A stretch of DNA of 64,000 bases, taken from contig JBBQXN010000006.1 of the NCBI GenBank assembly GCA_038209585.1, positions 2,171-66,170 on the forward strand, read 5' to 3'. The translations under genes were made by a program, and so were the position numbers. Under the pieces are notes generated by a model. The model made no database searches, was not told where the DNA came from, and saw only the letters and a list, made by a program, of their open reading frames with translations. Origin of the DNA: Burkholderiales bacterium (GTDB taxonomy: Bacteria > Pseudomonadota > Gammaproteobacteria > Burkholderiales > Burkholderiaceae_C). This document shows, in pieces, positions 45,190 to 55,710 of this stretch. Numbering within the stretch: position 1 is the first letter of the stretch; the number at the start of each line of letters is the position of its first letter.

Positions 45190-46604
45190 AAATTCAGCGT
45201 GCGCTTGTCCACCGCCAGGGCGGCTTCCTTGGTCGCTTCGGACAGCGAAGGGTGGGCATGGCAGATGCGCGCGATGTCTTCGCTGCTGGCCTTGAATTCC
45301 ATCGCCATCACGGCCTCAGCGATCAGCTCGCTGGCCTGCGGCCCGACGATGTGCACGCCCAGAATTTCGTCGCTGGTTGCGTCAGCCAGGATCTTGACCA
45401 TGCCGGTGGTGTCGCCGATCGCGCGCGCGCGGCCGTTGGCCATGAAGGGGAAGCTGCCGGCCTTGTAAGCACGGCCTTCGGCTTTCAGCTGTTGTTCGTT
45501 CTGGCCCACCCAGGCGATCTCCGGGTGGGTATAGATGACCCAGGGCACAGTGTTGAAATTCACATGGCCATGCTGGCCGGCGATGCGCTCGGCTACCGCC
45601 ACGCCTTCTTCTTCGGCCTTGTGCGCCAGCATCGGCCCGCGCACCACGTCGCCCACGGCCCACACGCCATCGAGGTTCGTGCGGCATTCGTCGTCGACCA
45701 CGATCGCACCGCGCTCGTCGAGCTTCAGCCCCACGCTTTCAGCGTTCAGCCCGGTGGTGTTGGGCACGCGGCCGATGCTGATGATGAGCTTGTCGACCTC
45801 CAGGGTGTGCTCGGCGCCTTTGGCGTCGGTGTAAGCCACCGACACGCCTGTCTTCAGCGGCTTGATCTCGCCGACCTTCACGCCGAGTTCGATCTTCAGA
45901 CCCTGCTTGACGAACGCCTTGTGCGCTTCCTTGGCGATCTGCTGGTCTACCGCGCCCAAAAAAGTGGGCAAGCCTTCGAGAACGGTGACTTCCGCGCCCA
46001 GGCGGCGCCAGACCGAGCCCATCTCCAGGCCGATGACGCCTGCGCCGATCAGGCCCATCTTCTTAGGCACGGCCGGAATACGCAGCGCGCCGTCGTTGCT
46101 GAGGATCTTGTCTTCGTCGAAAGGCACATCCGCCATGGCGCGCGGGCTGGAACCGGTGGCCACGACGATCTGCTTGCCGATGAGGCGCTCTTCACCGACG
46201 GAGATCTCGTAGCCGCCCTCTGCCGCCGCCACGAAAGCACCGCGACCGTGGAAGAAGCTGACCTTGTTCTTCTTGAACAAGTACAGGATGCCGTCGTTGT
46301 TCTGCTTCACGACCTCGTCCTTGCGGCCCAGCATCTTCGTGACGTCGATGCTCAGGTTGTCCAGCGCGATGCCATGGTCGGCGAAGGCATGGCCGGCTTG
46401 CTCGAAATGCTCGCTGCTCTGCAGCAGCGCCTTGCTGGGGATGCAGCCGACGTTGGTGCAGGTACCGCCCGGTGCCGGGCCGCCGTCGGCGTTCTTCCAC
46501 TCGTCGATGCAGGCCACGTTGAAGCCGAGCTGTGCCGCGCGGATGGCGGCGATGTAGCCACCGGGACCGCCGCCGATGACGACGACGTCGAAGTTCTTTG
46601 CCAT
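45186..46604 (-). CDS. lpdA: Dihydrolipoyl dehydrogenase
   Basis: GGGPGGY, GGTCTNVGCIPSK, HAHPSLSE. Confidence 0.97.
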   Translation of the reverse strand: MAKNFDVVVIGGGPGGYIAAIRAAQLGFNVACIDEWKNADGGPAPGGTCTNVGCIPSKALLQSSEHFEQAGHAFADHGIALDNLSIDVTKMLGRKDEVVKQNNDGILYLFKKNKVSFFHGRGAFVAAAEGGYEISVGEERLIGKQIVVATGSSPRAMADVPFDEDKILSNDGALRIPAVPKKMGLIGAGVIGLEMGSVWRRLGAEVTVLEGLPTFLGAVDQQIAKEAHKAFVKQGLKIELGVKVGEIKPLKTGVSVAYTDAKGAEHTLEVDKLIISIGRVPNTTGLNAESVGLKLDERGAIVVDDECRTNLDGVWAVGDVVRGPMLAHKAEEEGVAVAERIAGQHGHVNFNTVPWVIYTHPEIAWVGQNEQQLKAEGRAYKAGSFPFMANGRARAIGDTTGMVKILADATSDEILGVHIVGPQASELIAEAVMAMEFKASSEDIARICHAHPSLSEATKEAALAVDKRTLNF

Positions 46605-46617
46605 GATGTTCCAGGCC

Positions 46618-47931
46618 TCAAATATCAAATAGAAGGCGCGAAGGATCTTCCAGCGCGTCCTTCATCGTCACCAGGCCCAGCACGGCTTCGCGGCCGTCGA
46701 TGATGCGGTGGTCGTAGCTCATGGCCAGGTAGTTCATCGGCCGCACCACGATCTGCCCGTTTTCCACCACAGCCCGGTCTTTGGTCGCATGCACACCCAG
46801 GATGGCGCTTTGCGGCGGGTTGATGATGGGCGTGGAAAGCATGCTGCCGAAAGTGCCGCCATTGCTGATGCTGAAGGTGCCGCCCGTCAGGTCGTCCATG
46901 CTCAGCTTGCCGTCGCGCGCCTTGGCGCCGAATTCAGCGATCTTCTTTTCGATGTCGGCAAAGCTCATCTGGTCGGCATTGCGAATGATGGGCACCACCA
47001 GGCCGCGCGGGCTGCCCACGGCGATGCCGATGTCGAAATAGCCGTGGTAGACGATGTCGTTGCCGTCGACGCTGGCGTTCATGACGGGGTACTTCTTCAA
47101 CGCGGCCACCGCCGCCTTGACGAAGAAGCTCATGAAGCCCAGCTTGACACTGTGTTCCTTTTCGAACTTCTCCTGAAAACGCTTGCGCATCTCCATCACC
47201 GGGGCCATGTTGACCTCGTTGAAGGTGGTGAGGATGGCGTTCTGGCTCTGGCTTTGCAGCAGGCGCTCGGCCACACGCGCACGCAGGCGCGACATGGGCA
47301 CGCGCTGCTCCGGGCGGTCGCCCAGGGCGGCCAGGCCGGGCATAGGCGGCGCAGCCACGGGGGGCAGTGTGCGGGCTGCGGTTGCAGTTGCAGTTGCGGT
47401 TGCAGCCGCGGCTGCCGGGGCAGGTGCCGGCGCTGCCTTGGGCGTGGCCGACACACCCAGCACATCACCCTTGGTCACGCGGCCATCCTTGCCGGTGCCA
47501 GGCACGCTGCCCGGGGCCAGGCCCTTGTCGGCCATCAGCTTGGCTGCGGCTGGCATGGCTACGCCGCTGCTGGCAGCAGCCGAAGCGGGCACGGGCGCAG
47601 GCGCAGGTGCGGGACCGGCCGTGGCTGCAGGGGTGGCAGCCGCTGGCTTGGCTGAGGCGGGTGCAGCAGGGGCAGGGGCGGCGGCCGTGGCTGCGGTGTC
47701 GATCTGCGCGATCAGCTCTTCAGCCACGCAAGTGGCGCCGTCCTCCTTGATGATGCGCACCAGCACGCCAGCTGCAGGTGCGGGTACTTCCAGCACCACC
47801 TTGTCGGTTTCGACCTCTATCAGGATCTCGTCGATGGCCACGGCATCGCCGGGTTTCTTCTTCCACTGCAGCAAGGTCGCTTCAGCCACGGATTCCGACA
47901 GTTGCGGAACCTTCACTTCAACTATTGACAT
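46618..47931 (-). CDS. sucB: 2-oxoglutarate dehydrogenase E2
   Basis: Lipoyl [22 protein letters not shown]; start MSIVEVKVP. Confidence 0.97.
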   Translation of the reverse strand: MSIVEVKVPQLSESVAEATLLQWKKKPGDAVAIDEILIEVETDKVVLEVPAPAAGVLVRIIKEDGATCVAEELIAQIDTAATAAAPAPAAPASAKPAAATPAATAGPAPAPAPVPASAAASSGVAMPAAAKLMADKGLAPGSVPGTGKDGRVTKGDVLGVSATPKAAPAPAPAAAAATATATATAARTLPPVAAPPMPGLAALGDRPEQRVPMSRLRARVAERLLQSQSQNAILTTFNEVNMAPVMEMRKRFQEKFEKEHSVKLGFMSFFVKAAVAALKKYPVMNASVDGNDIVYHGYFDIGIAVGSPRGLVVPIIRNADQMSFADIEKKIAEFGAKARDGKLSMDDLTGGTFSISNGGTFGSMLSTPIINPPQSAILGVHATKDRAVVENGQIVVRPMNYLAMSYDHRIIDGREAVLGLVTMKDALEDPSRLLFDI

Positions 47932-47954
47932 GGTTGGACTCGATTTCTTGTTTT

Positions 47955-50813
47955 TTACTTGGCGAGCACAAAGCCCTTGAGCTTGCCGAACGCTTGGTCG
48001 AGCAAAGCCTTGAGTTGTTCCTGGTGCAGGTGCGAATACCCCACCGCTGGTGAAGCAGAAGCGGCGCGGCCGGCATAACCCAGGCGCTGGCCTTCGGTCA
48101 TGTTTTCGTGGATGTAGTGCTGAATAAAGAACCAGGCACCCTGGTTCTGCGGTTCGTCCTGGCACCACACCACTTCAGTCGCGTTCGGGTACTTCTTCAT
48201 TTCGGCCGCGAAAGCCTTGTGAGGGAACGGGTACAGCTGCGCCACGCGCAGGATGGCGACATCGTCGGCGCCCTTGTCAGTGCGCTTGCGCACGATGTCG
48301 TAATACACGCGGCCGGAACAGCAGATCACGCGCTTGACCTTGGCCGGGTTGATCTCGGCGTTCGACTCGGGCGCGATGGTCTTGAATTCGCCCTTGGTGA
48401 ACTCGCTCAGCGGCGAACTCGCGTCCTTGGCACGCAACAGGCTCTTGGGCGTGAAGATGATCAGCGGCTTGCGGAACTGGCGCACCATCTGCCGGCGCAG
48501 CAGGTGAAAGATCTGGCTGGCTGAAGCCGGCTGACAGATCTGCATGTTGTTGTCGGCCGCCAGCTGCATGAAGCGCTCCAGACGGGCGCTGCTGTGCTCC
48601 GGGCCCTGCCCTTCGTAGCCGTGCGGCAGCATCAGGGTCAGGCCGTTGGCGCGGCCCCACTTGACTTCACCGCTGGCAATGAACTGGTCGATGACGACCT
48701 GCGCGCCGTTGACGAAGTCGCCGAACTGCGCTTCCCAGATGGTCAGCGTATTGGGCTCGGCACTGGCATAGCCGTACTCGAAACCCAGCACCGCTTCTTC
48801 GGACAGGATCGAGTCGATGACGGTGAAGGGCGCCTGCCCTTCCGAGATGTTCTGCAGCGGCACATAGGTGCCCACGTCCCATTTTTCGCGGTCCTGGTCG
48901 TGCAGCACGGCATGCCGGTGCACGAAGGTGCCGCGGCCGCTGTCTTCACCCGACAGGCGCACGGCAAAGCCGCTGGCCACCAGGGATGCATAGGCCATGG
49001 ACTCGCCCATGCCCCAGTCGACATTGATTTCGCCACGGCCCATGGCGGCGCGGTCGGCCAGCACCTTTTCCACCAGCGGATGCACCTTGAAGTTGGGCGG
49101 CACCGTGGTCAGGCGTTCTGCCAGACGTTTGACTTCGGCCAGTGGCAAGGCGGTATCGGCCGCATCCGTCCACTTCTTGCCCAGGAAAGGCGCCCAATCG
49201 ACCGAATACTTGCTCTTGAAGTTGGTCAGCACCGGGTCCACGGTGTGGCGGCCAGCGTCCATCGCGGCGCGGAAAGCCTTGGACATCTCGTCCGGCCCTT
49301 CGGCTGCCAGTACACCTTGGGCCACCAGCTTCTCGCCATAGATGCGGCGCGTGCCCGGGTGCTGGGCGATGCGCTTGTACATCAGCGGCTGGGTCAGCGA
49401 AGGCGTGTCCTGCTCGTTGTGGCCCAGCTTGCGAAAGCAGACGATGTCCACCACCACGTCCTTGCGGAAATGCTGGCGGTAGTCCATGGCGAGCTGGGTG
49501 CACAGGGTCACGGCTTCTGGGTCGTCGGCGTTCACATGCAACACCGGCGCTTCGATCATCTTCACCACATCGCTGCAATACAGCGTGGAGCGTGAATCGC
49601 GCGGGTCGCTGGTGGTGAAGCCGATCTGGTTGTTGATCACCAGGTGCAGCGTGCCGCCCGTGAAATAGCCGCGCGTTTGCGCCAGCGCCAGCGTTTCCAT
49701 CACCACGCCCTGGCCGGCGAAAGCCGCGTCGCCGTGCACCAGCACCGGCAGCACCTGGCTGCCGGTCTTGTCGCCACGGCGGTCCATGCGCGCTTTCACG
49801 CTGCCTTCGACCACCGGGTTGACGATTTCCAGGTGGCTGGGGTTGAAAGCCAGGCTCAGGTGCACCGGGCCGCCGCGTGTGCTGACGTCGCTGGAAAAGC
49901 CCTGGTGGTACTTCACGTCGCCTGAAGGCAGGGCCTCGGGCGCGGTGTGGTCAAACTCGGCGAACAGGTCTGCCGGCATCTTGCCCAGCGTATTCACCAG
50001 CACGTTCAGCCGGCCCCGGTGGGCCATACCGATGACGATTTCCTGCACGCCGCGTTCACCAGCGCGCTGCACCACTTCGTCCATGCTGACGATGAAGCTC
50101 TCGCCGCCCTCCAGGCTGAAACGCTTCTGGCCCACGTACTTGGTGTGCAGGTAGCGTTCCAGGCCTTCGGCTGCCGTCAGGCGCTCGAGGATGTGCTTCT
50201 TTTCTTCGGTGCTGAAACTGGGCTTGCTGCGGCTGGATTCCAGACGCTCTTGCCACCAGCGCTTTTCCACCGGGTCGGTGCAGTGCATGAACTCGGCGCC
50301 GATGGTGCCGCTGTAAGTCTGCCGCAAAGCCTGAACGATGTCGCGCAGGCTCATGTGCTCGGCGGTCGTGAAATAGGTGTTGACCGCCGAGAAGGTCATG
50401 TCCATGTCGGACTCGGTCAGGTCGTAGAACGCCGGCTCCAGTTCAGGAATCTTCGGGCGCTCGGTACGCTTGAGCGGGTCCAGATCGGCCCAGCGCGAGC
50501 CCAGGAAGCGGTAGGCGGCAATCAAGCTTTGGACATGCACCTGCTTGCGCGCCACAGCCAGGTCGGCTTCACTGGCCTTCAGCGCAAAGGCATTGGCCTT
50601 GGCACGCTGGGCAAAGCTTTCGACGACGGGCGCATGCGCCACATCGGGCGTGTCGCTGCCATCGGTGGCAGGAACGTGGCTCAGGTTGTCGAAGTACACG
50701 CGCCAGTTTTCCGGCACGCTGCCCGGGTTGAGCAAATACGATTCGTACAAGTCTTCGACATAGGGCGCATTGCCCCCGAACAGGTACGAGTTCGACCTGG
50801 ACTGCTGCATCAT
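47955..50813 (-). CDS. sucA: 2-oxoglutarate dehydrogenase E1
   Basis: [33 protein letters not shown]. Confidence 0.98.
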   Translation of the reverse strand: MMQQSRSNSYLFGGNAPYVEDLYESYLLNPGSVPENWRVYFDNLSHVPATDGSDTPDVAHAPVVESFAQRAKANAFALKASEADLAVARKQVHVQSLIAAYRFLGSRWADLDPLKRTERPKIPELEPAFYDLTESDMDMTFSAVNTYFTTAEHMSLRDIVQALRQTYSGTIGAEFMHCTDPVEKRWWQERLESSRSKPSFSTEEKKHILERLTAAEGLERYLHTKYVGQKRFSLEGGESFIVSMDEVVQRAGERGVQEIVIGMAHRGRLNVLVNTLGKMPADLFAEFDHTAPEALPSGDVKYHQGFSSDVSTRGGPVHLSLAFNPSHLEIVNPVVEGSVKARMDRRGDKTGSQVLPVLVHGDAAFAGQGVVMETLALAQTRGYFTGGTLHLVINNQIGFTTSDPRDSRSTLYCSDVVKMIEAPVLHVNADDPEAVTLCTQLAMDYRQHFRKDVVVDIVCFRKLGHNEQDTPSLTQPLMYKRIAQHPGTRRIYGEKLVAQGVLAAEGPDEMSKAFRAAMDAGRHTVDPVLTNFKSKYSVDWAPFLGKKWTDAADTALPLAEVKRLAERLTTVPPNFKVHPLVEKVLADRAAMGRGEINVDWGMGESMAYASLVASGFAVRLSGEDSGRGTFVHRHAVLHDQDREKWDVGTYVPLQNISEGQAPFTVIDSILSEEAVLGFEYGYASAEPNTLTIWEAQFGDFVNGAQVVIDQFIASGEVKWGRANGLTLMLPHGYEGQGPEHSSARLERFMQLAADNNMQICQPASASQIFHLLRRQMVRQFRKPLIIFTPKSLLRAKDASSPLSEFTKGEFKTIAPESNAEINPAKVKRVICCSGRVYYDIVRKRTDKGADDVAILRVAQLYPFPHKAFAAEMKKYPNATEVVWCQDEPQNQGAWFFIQHYIHENMTEGQRLGYAGRAASASPAVGYSHLHQEQLKALLDQAFGKLKGFVLAK

Positions 50814-50817
50814 CTGG

Positions 50818-50898
50818 CGCTCACCTTCTGCCTGCGGTTTCCGCGGCTTCGATGGGTTGATCAACCTTCCGCGGCCCCGGCTGCACCGGTTCGCGGAC
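50818..50898 (-). ncRNA. sucA RNA motif (cis-regulatory leader)
   Basis: Minus strand: TCCGCG-aa-CCGG tgcag CCGG-ggc-CGCGGA, then GGTT gatc AACC, then GCCGCGG aaa CCGCAGGC, then AAGGTGAG Shine-Dalgarno. Matches my recollection of the betaproteobacterial sucA motif. Confidence 0.85.
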
Positions 50899-51070
50899 TA
50901 GCGACCCGCCTTGCTGTTGAAGAGCTGCTCCAGCAAGGGGACGGGAAGGAACGTATTTACTTTCGCCCATGACTGTAGCACCAGCCCCTGAGCCAGCCAC
51001 CTGCGAACAGCACGCAAAACTGCCTCTTGTTGTGCGTCATCCAGCAGATCACGTCCCCCAGACTGCCGGC

Positions 51071-51388
51071 ATGGCAGCCCGCCGAACGATCCTGATCCAC
51101 GCCCTGGCTCCAGCCAAGCCGGCCTTGGGCGCAGCGTGCAACGGCTGTGGCCAGTGCTGCGCCTACGAGCCCTGCCCCTTGGGCATGCTGCTGTCGCGCA
51201 GCCGCAGCGGGGCGTGCCAGGCGCTGACCTGGGACGACACACAGAACCGCTATCTGTGCGGCGCACTGGCCCAGCCCGAACGCTGGTTGCCCCTGCTGCC
51301 GGCCCCGTGGGCGCGTGCGCTGACGCGCCGTTGGATCGCCGCAGCCCAGGGTTGCGACGCCGCACTGGAAGCTGCCCCACTGAACTAG
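51071..51388 (+). CDS. Small Cys-cluster protein (CxxCxxCC, YkgJ-like; putative Fe-S/Zn binding)
   Basis: CNGCGQCC..EPC..GAC..YLCG..GCD; start may be 50969. Confidence 0.75.
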   Translation: MAARRTILIHALAPAKPALGAACNGCGQCCAYEPCPLGMLLSRSRSGACQALTWDDTQNRYLCGALAQPERWLPLLPAPWARALTRRWIAAAQGCDAALEAAPLN

Positions 51389-51424
51389 CATCACGGCTTC
51401 CCAACCTATTCAGAGGAGCTCTTC

Positions 51425-53008
51425 ATGGCGTTGAAAGCTTGTGTGGCAGCCTGCCTGGCGGCCACAGCAATGTGGATGGCCCCGGTAGCCAGCGTGCAGG
51501 CGCAAACCTTGCGCTGGGCGGCGCAGAACGACATCCTGACGATGGACCCGCATTCGCAGAACCACGCCACCACCAACACGGTGCTGGCGCATGCCTATGA
51601 AGGCCTGACGCGCTATGCCGTGAACTACGACATCGAGCCCGCGCTGGCCACCAAGTGGACCTTCATCAGCCCCACGCAAGTGCGATTCGAACTGCGCAAG
51701 GGCGTGAAATTCCACGACGGCACACCCTTCACGGCCGACGACGTGATCTTCTCCTTCGACCGCATCCGCCAGCCCCAGGGCACGATGGCCATCTACGTGG
51801 CGGGCGTCGCCGAGATGAAGAAGATCGACAGCCACACGGTGGACCTGGTCATGACCGCGCCCAACCCGGTGCTGCTGCGCAACCTCACCAGCTTCTTCGT
51901 CATGAGCAAGGCCTGGGCAGAGAAGAACAACACCGTCAAGACGCAGGATTACAAGGCCAAGGAAGAGAACTTCGCTTCGCGCAATGCCATGGGCACGGGC
52001 AGCTACAAGATCGTCGGCTGGCAGCCCGAACAGAAGATCACCATGGCGCTGAACACCGACTGGTGGGACAAGCCGATGGGCAATGTCAAAGAGATGATCT
52101 ACACGCCCATCAAGAGCGACCCCACGCGCGTGGCGGCCCTGCTCTCAGGCGACGTGGACCTGCTGACCGACATCCCCACACAAGACGTGGCCCGGCTGCG
52201 CAGCGACCCGAAGCTGAAGATTCTGGACGGCCCCGAAGTGCGCACCATGTTCCTGGTGCTCGACAGCGGCAGTCCGGAACTGAAGTACAGCAACGTCAAG
52301 GGCAAGAACCCGTTTGCCGACAAAAGAGTGCGCCAGGCACTGTCGATCGCCATCGACCGCGAAGCCATCAAGCGCAGCACCATGCGCGGCCTGTCGATTC
52401 CGGCCGGCATCCTGGTCGCACCCGGCGTCAACGGCTGGTCGGCGGAGCTGGACGTGCCCGCGAAAGTGGATGTGGACGCCGCAAAGAAGCTGTTGGCTGA
52501 AGCCGGCTACCCCGAAGGCTTCGAGGTGCGCCTGAACTGCCCCAACAACCGCTATGTCAACGACGAAGAGGTGTGCCAGGCGGTTGCCGCCATGTGGGCG
52601 CGGATTGGGGTGAAGGCGCCGCTGATCGCCGAGAACTTCGCCACCTTCAGCCAGAAGTTCCAGAACTTCGACGTCAGCGCCTACCTGCTGGGCTGGGGTG
52701 TGGCCACGTACGACGCGCAGTACACCATCCAGAGCATCGTGCGCACACGCACCAGCGGGGCAGATGGCAACTTCAACTTCGGCCGCATTAGCGACCCGGT
52801 GGTCGACAGGCTGTCCGACGCGATGAAGATCGAGCCCGATGTGGCCAAGCGCAATGCCATGCTGCGCGAGGCTTTGGTACGCATCAAGGACGAGGTGCTG
52901 GTGATTCCGCTGCACCACCAGATGCGACCCTGGGCGATGAAGGCCAACGTGACGACGCTGCACCGGTCGAACGACAACCCGCAAACCCGGTTTGCGACGG
53001 TGAAGTGA
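51425..53008 (+). CDS. ABC transporter substrate-binding protein, family 5 (peptide/nickel)
   Basis: Signal peptide, TMDPH, LRKGVKFHDGTPFTADDV, RVRQALSIAIDR; GGAG Shine-Dalgarno. Confidence 0.94.
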   Translation: MALKACVAACLAATAMWMAPVASVQAQTLRWAAQNDILTMDPHSQNHATTNTVLAHAYEGLTRYAVNYDIEPALATKWTFISPTQVRFELRKGVKFHDGTPFTADDVIFSFDRIRQPQGTMAIYVAGVAEMKKIDSHTVDLVMTAPNPVLLRNLTSFFVMSKAWAEKNNTVKTQDYKAKEENFASRNAMGTGSYKIVGWQPEQKITMALNTDWWDKPMGNVKEMIYTPIKSDPTRVAALLSGDVDLLTDIPTQDVARLRSDPKLKILDGPEVRTMFLVLDSGSPELKYSNVKGKNPFADKRVRQALSIAIDREAIKRSTMRGLSIPAGILVAPGVNGWSAELDVPAKVDVDAAKKLLAEAGYPEGFEVRLNCPNNRYVNDEEVCQAVAAMWARIGVKAPLIAENFATFSQKFQNFDVSAYLLGWGVATYDAQYTIQSIVRTRTSGADGNFNFGRISDPVVDRLSDAMKIEPDVAKRNAMLREALVRIKDEVLVIPLHHQMRPWAMKANVTTLHRSNDNPQTRFATVK

Positions 53009-53115
53009 GGGTCGGCTCAGCCGCGACGAATGCCCTGGGCATGGATTGCGGCTGGGTGGTGACGGCTGTGGGAGGTTGGGCAGAGTCCTGATGTCCGCCC
53101 GGTGCCGATGAACAT

Positions 53116-53394
53116 CTACGCTCGACCTGCATCTTTCAAAAGCAAGGCCTTTGTTGCCGTTGGCACGTCATCCCAGTGTCGGCCGGTCAGTGCGCCCTCG
53201 ACTGAATACAGGTAACAGCACACAGGCAGCCTGGCGGTCGTTTACGCCTGCATCTTCAAGAAGGCCTTTGCCGGCCCGATCCTGCGAACGTCCTCGCGGG
53301 TGTAGATGCCAACCGTATTCAGGCGCAGCTCGATGCGGTGGCCGATGTTGCTCAACGCGGCGTGTTCTGACTTGGCGGGTCTTGCTGGCTTCAT
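53116..53394 (-). pseudogene. TfoX/Sxy C-terminal-domain family pseudogene
   Basis: LSNIGHRIELRLNTVGIYTREDVRRIGPAKAFLKMQA*TTARLPVCCYLYSVEGALTGRHWDDVP; in-frame TAA at 53244-53242. Confidence 0.8.
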
Positions 53395-53765
53395 GACGTC
53401 TGCGGCGGCGTGTGCCGCACGAAGTCCAGGGCGATGCCGTTCGGGTCCAGCACAGCGAAATGGCGATCGCCCCACGGCTCATCCAAGGGTTCGAACTCGA
53501 TCGCGATGCCGTTGGCCCGGGCCTCCTCGAAGGCCGCGTCCAGATCGTCCAATTCGAACGTTAGCCACAAGCCGTGGCCGGCATACTCACGTTGAAAAAC
53601 GGACTTCTGGAAGGCGAGATCGGGCTGCATGAAGGCGAGCTCCTGGCCGTCCAGCTGCAACAACACATACCAATCGTTTTCGACGACCACCTCGAAGCCA
53701 AGCCGTTGGTAGAAGGCCTTGGACTCGGCCAGATGTCGTGTGACGATGCCCGGATTCCATTCCAT
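53391..53765 (-). CDS. VOC/glyoxalase family protein
   Basis: SKAFYQRLGF, DEPWGDRHFAVLDPNG. Confidence 0.9.
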   Translation of the reverse strand: MEWNPGIVTRHLAESKAFYQRLGFEVVVENDWYVLLQLDGQELAFMQPDLAFQKSVFQREYAGHGLWLTFELDDLDAAFEEARANGIAIEFEPLDEPWGDRHFAVLDPNGIALDFVRHTPPQTS

Positions 53766-53846
53766 GGATTCACCTCACTGGTGATGACTCTATGAGCCGG
53801 CGCAGCTGGCGCCTGGTAAAAATGCGACATCGTCGCGTCCCTCGGC

Positions 53847-54520
53847 TCAGAAGGCGCGGTTAGTCATCGCCATGAAGTCGCGTCGCAAGTGCGATTGGTC
53901 GGTGAAACCGAGTTCGGCAGCCAGGGCCGCGCGATGGAGCTGGCCGTTGCGCAGCTTCGCAAGCACATGCTGGAATCGAACGACGCGACAGACTTGCTTG
54001 GGTGTGATACCGACAGCGTCTCGAAACTGCCGCTCAAGTTGCCGCCGGCTGAGCGAGGCGATCTCGACCAACTGCGCCACACGAAAGTCACCCGCACGGC
54101 GTTGAATGGCCGCCACCGCTCGATCCAGCCCGGCACGCTGAGACTGTGGGCGCCATGCCTGGAGCACATGCTGTTCCAGCACAGCCACTTTCGCCTTCAC
54201 CGAAACAACCTCGACCAACTGCGCCAACAGGTCATCGGCGCGAACTGCACCCAGGCGATCCAGCGCATCGTTTCGATCGGTCAGGTTATCGGCTTTGGCG
54301 TCAATCAGGCCGCACAAACGAGCCGGCAGCAGGCGCATGCCCAAATAGACGGTGCCCGGCTAAGTCGGAAACAACCTGCCTTGCGTCGCCGTGCCGAAAG
54401 TCAGCATCTGACCCCGCGCCTCGCCCAGGGCGAACACGACTTCTATGCAGCCGTTTCCCGAAACACGTATGACTCCCCTGCTGCTCGGTACTGCGCTCTG
54501 GCACTCGTTGAAAGAAGCAA
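53847..54520 (-). pseudogene. AraC-family regulator (DUF6597-type N-terminus) pseudogene
   Basis: RVSGNGCIEVVF...GRLFPT*PGTVYLGMRL...SRRQLERQFRDAVGITPK...GFTDQSHLRRDF; in-frame TAG at 54362-54360; no start codon at the expected position. Confidence 0.75.
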
Positions 54521-54723
54521 CTCAACTTCTACTGCAAGGTGTCCGATTCGCCAGTCGGTGGTCGGATGTCAGCAAATCAAAAACAGGCAGGTCATCGGTG
54601 GCGTCGAGCCACGACGATGCGCCCGCCAACCAGAGCGTGGCTGACGATCGCGAACTTCGTAAGCCGGTTCACTTCGCGAGCGTGAGTTGGACGAATCCGT
54701 AGTCAGGCCTGGGCCAATAAGTG

Positions 54724-55710
54724 TCAAACCCCACCGGCCACCGCCAGCCCCAAGCGCTGTCGCGCAGCGGCGTACTCACGTTTCAGCCGCCCCACCAGAT
54801 CGGCTGTGGACAACACGGACTTCACCGCGCCTACGCCCTGCCCCGCGCCCCAGATGTCTTTCCAGGCTTTCTTGGCGCTGTCGCCCCCGCCGAAGTTCAT
54901 CTTCGTCGGGTCGCTCTCGGGCAGATTCGCCGGATCCATGCCGGCGTTGACGATCGAGCCCCGAAGGTAGTTGCCGTGCACACCCGTGAACAGGTTCGAG
55001 TACACGATGTCGTCGCTGTTGCTGTCGACCACGCACTGCTTGTAGGCGTCAGAGGCGCGGGCCTCGGTGGTGGCGATGAAGGCCGAGCCGATGTAGGCGA
55101 AGTCGGCGCCCATGGCTTGGCAGGCCAGCACGGCTTCGCCTGTGCTGATCGAGCCGCTCAATGCGATCGGGCCGTCGAACCATTCGCGAATTTCCTGGAT
55201 CAGCGCGAACGGGCTCTTGACGCCGGCATGCCCGCCAGCGCCAGCCGCCACGGCGATCAGGCCGTCGGCGCCCTTCTCGATGGCCTTCTTGGCAAACGTG
55301 TTGTTGATGATGTCGTGCAGCACCACGCCGCCCCAGCTGTGCACGGCATCGTTGATGTCGGTGCGTGCGCCCAGGCTGGTGATGACGATGGGCACCTTGT
55401 ACTTGGCGCAAACCTGCATATCGTGCTCGAGCCGGTCGTTGGTCTTGTGCACGATCTGGTTGATGGCATAGGGCGCTGCCTTTTGCTCAGGATGGTCACG
55501 GTCCCAGGCGGCCAGGGTCTCGGTGATCTCGGCCAGCCATTCGTCCAGCTGCGCCGCAGGCCGCGCGTTCAATGAAGGCATCGAACCGACCACGCCCGCC
55601 TTGCACTGCTCGATCACGGTTCGGGGGTTGCTGATGATGAACAGCGGCGAGCCGATGATGGGCAGCGGCAGGTTCTGCAGAACGGGTGGTAGGACAGACG
55701 GCATGGCCAT
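54724..55710 (-). CDS. Nitronate monooxygenase family flavin oxidoreductase
   Basis: PIIGSPLFIIS, AGAGGHAG, GADFAYIGSAF, WGAGQG. Confidence 0.9.
   Translation of the reverse strand: MAMPSVLPPVLQNLPLPIIGSPLFIISNPRTVIEQCKAGVVGSMPSLNARPAAQLDEWLAEITETLAAWDRDHPEQKAAPYAINQIVHKTNDRLEHDMQVCAKYKVPIVITSLGARTDINDAVHSWGGVVLHDIINNTFAKKAIEKGADGLIAVAAGAGGHAGVKSPFALIQEIREWFDGPIALSGSISTGEAVLACQAMGADFAYIGSAFIATTEARASDAYKQCVVDSNSDDIVYSNLFTGVHGNYLRGSIVNAGMDPANLPESDPTKMNFGGGDSAKKAWKDIWGAGQGVGAVKSVLSTADLVGRLKREYAAARQRLGLAVAGGV

Noticed and set aside
45117-46703. Long antisense ORFs (528 aa here; also 30720-32255, 32544-34121, 4760-6169 and others)
   Set aside because: They are shadows of strongly codon-biased high-GC genes on the opposite strand and show no recognisable motifs.
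53017-53115. 32-codon ORF (MFIGTGRT...HAQGIRRG) right after the TfoX stop
   Set aside because: Too short, with no motif or clear ribosome-binding site; cannot be supported without homology data.
53242-54362. Stop-codon recoding in the islet
   Set aside because: The two stops are different (TAA and TAG), both are used as normal stops elsewhere in the window, and there is no recoding signal; pseudogenisation is simpler.
54521-54720. Possible further gene remnant or att site at the right edge of the islet
   Set aside because: Only short matches to the left edge (GACGAAT, CCTGGGC) and no recognisable reading frame.
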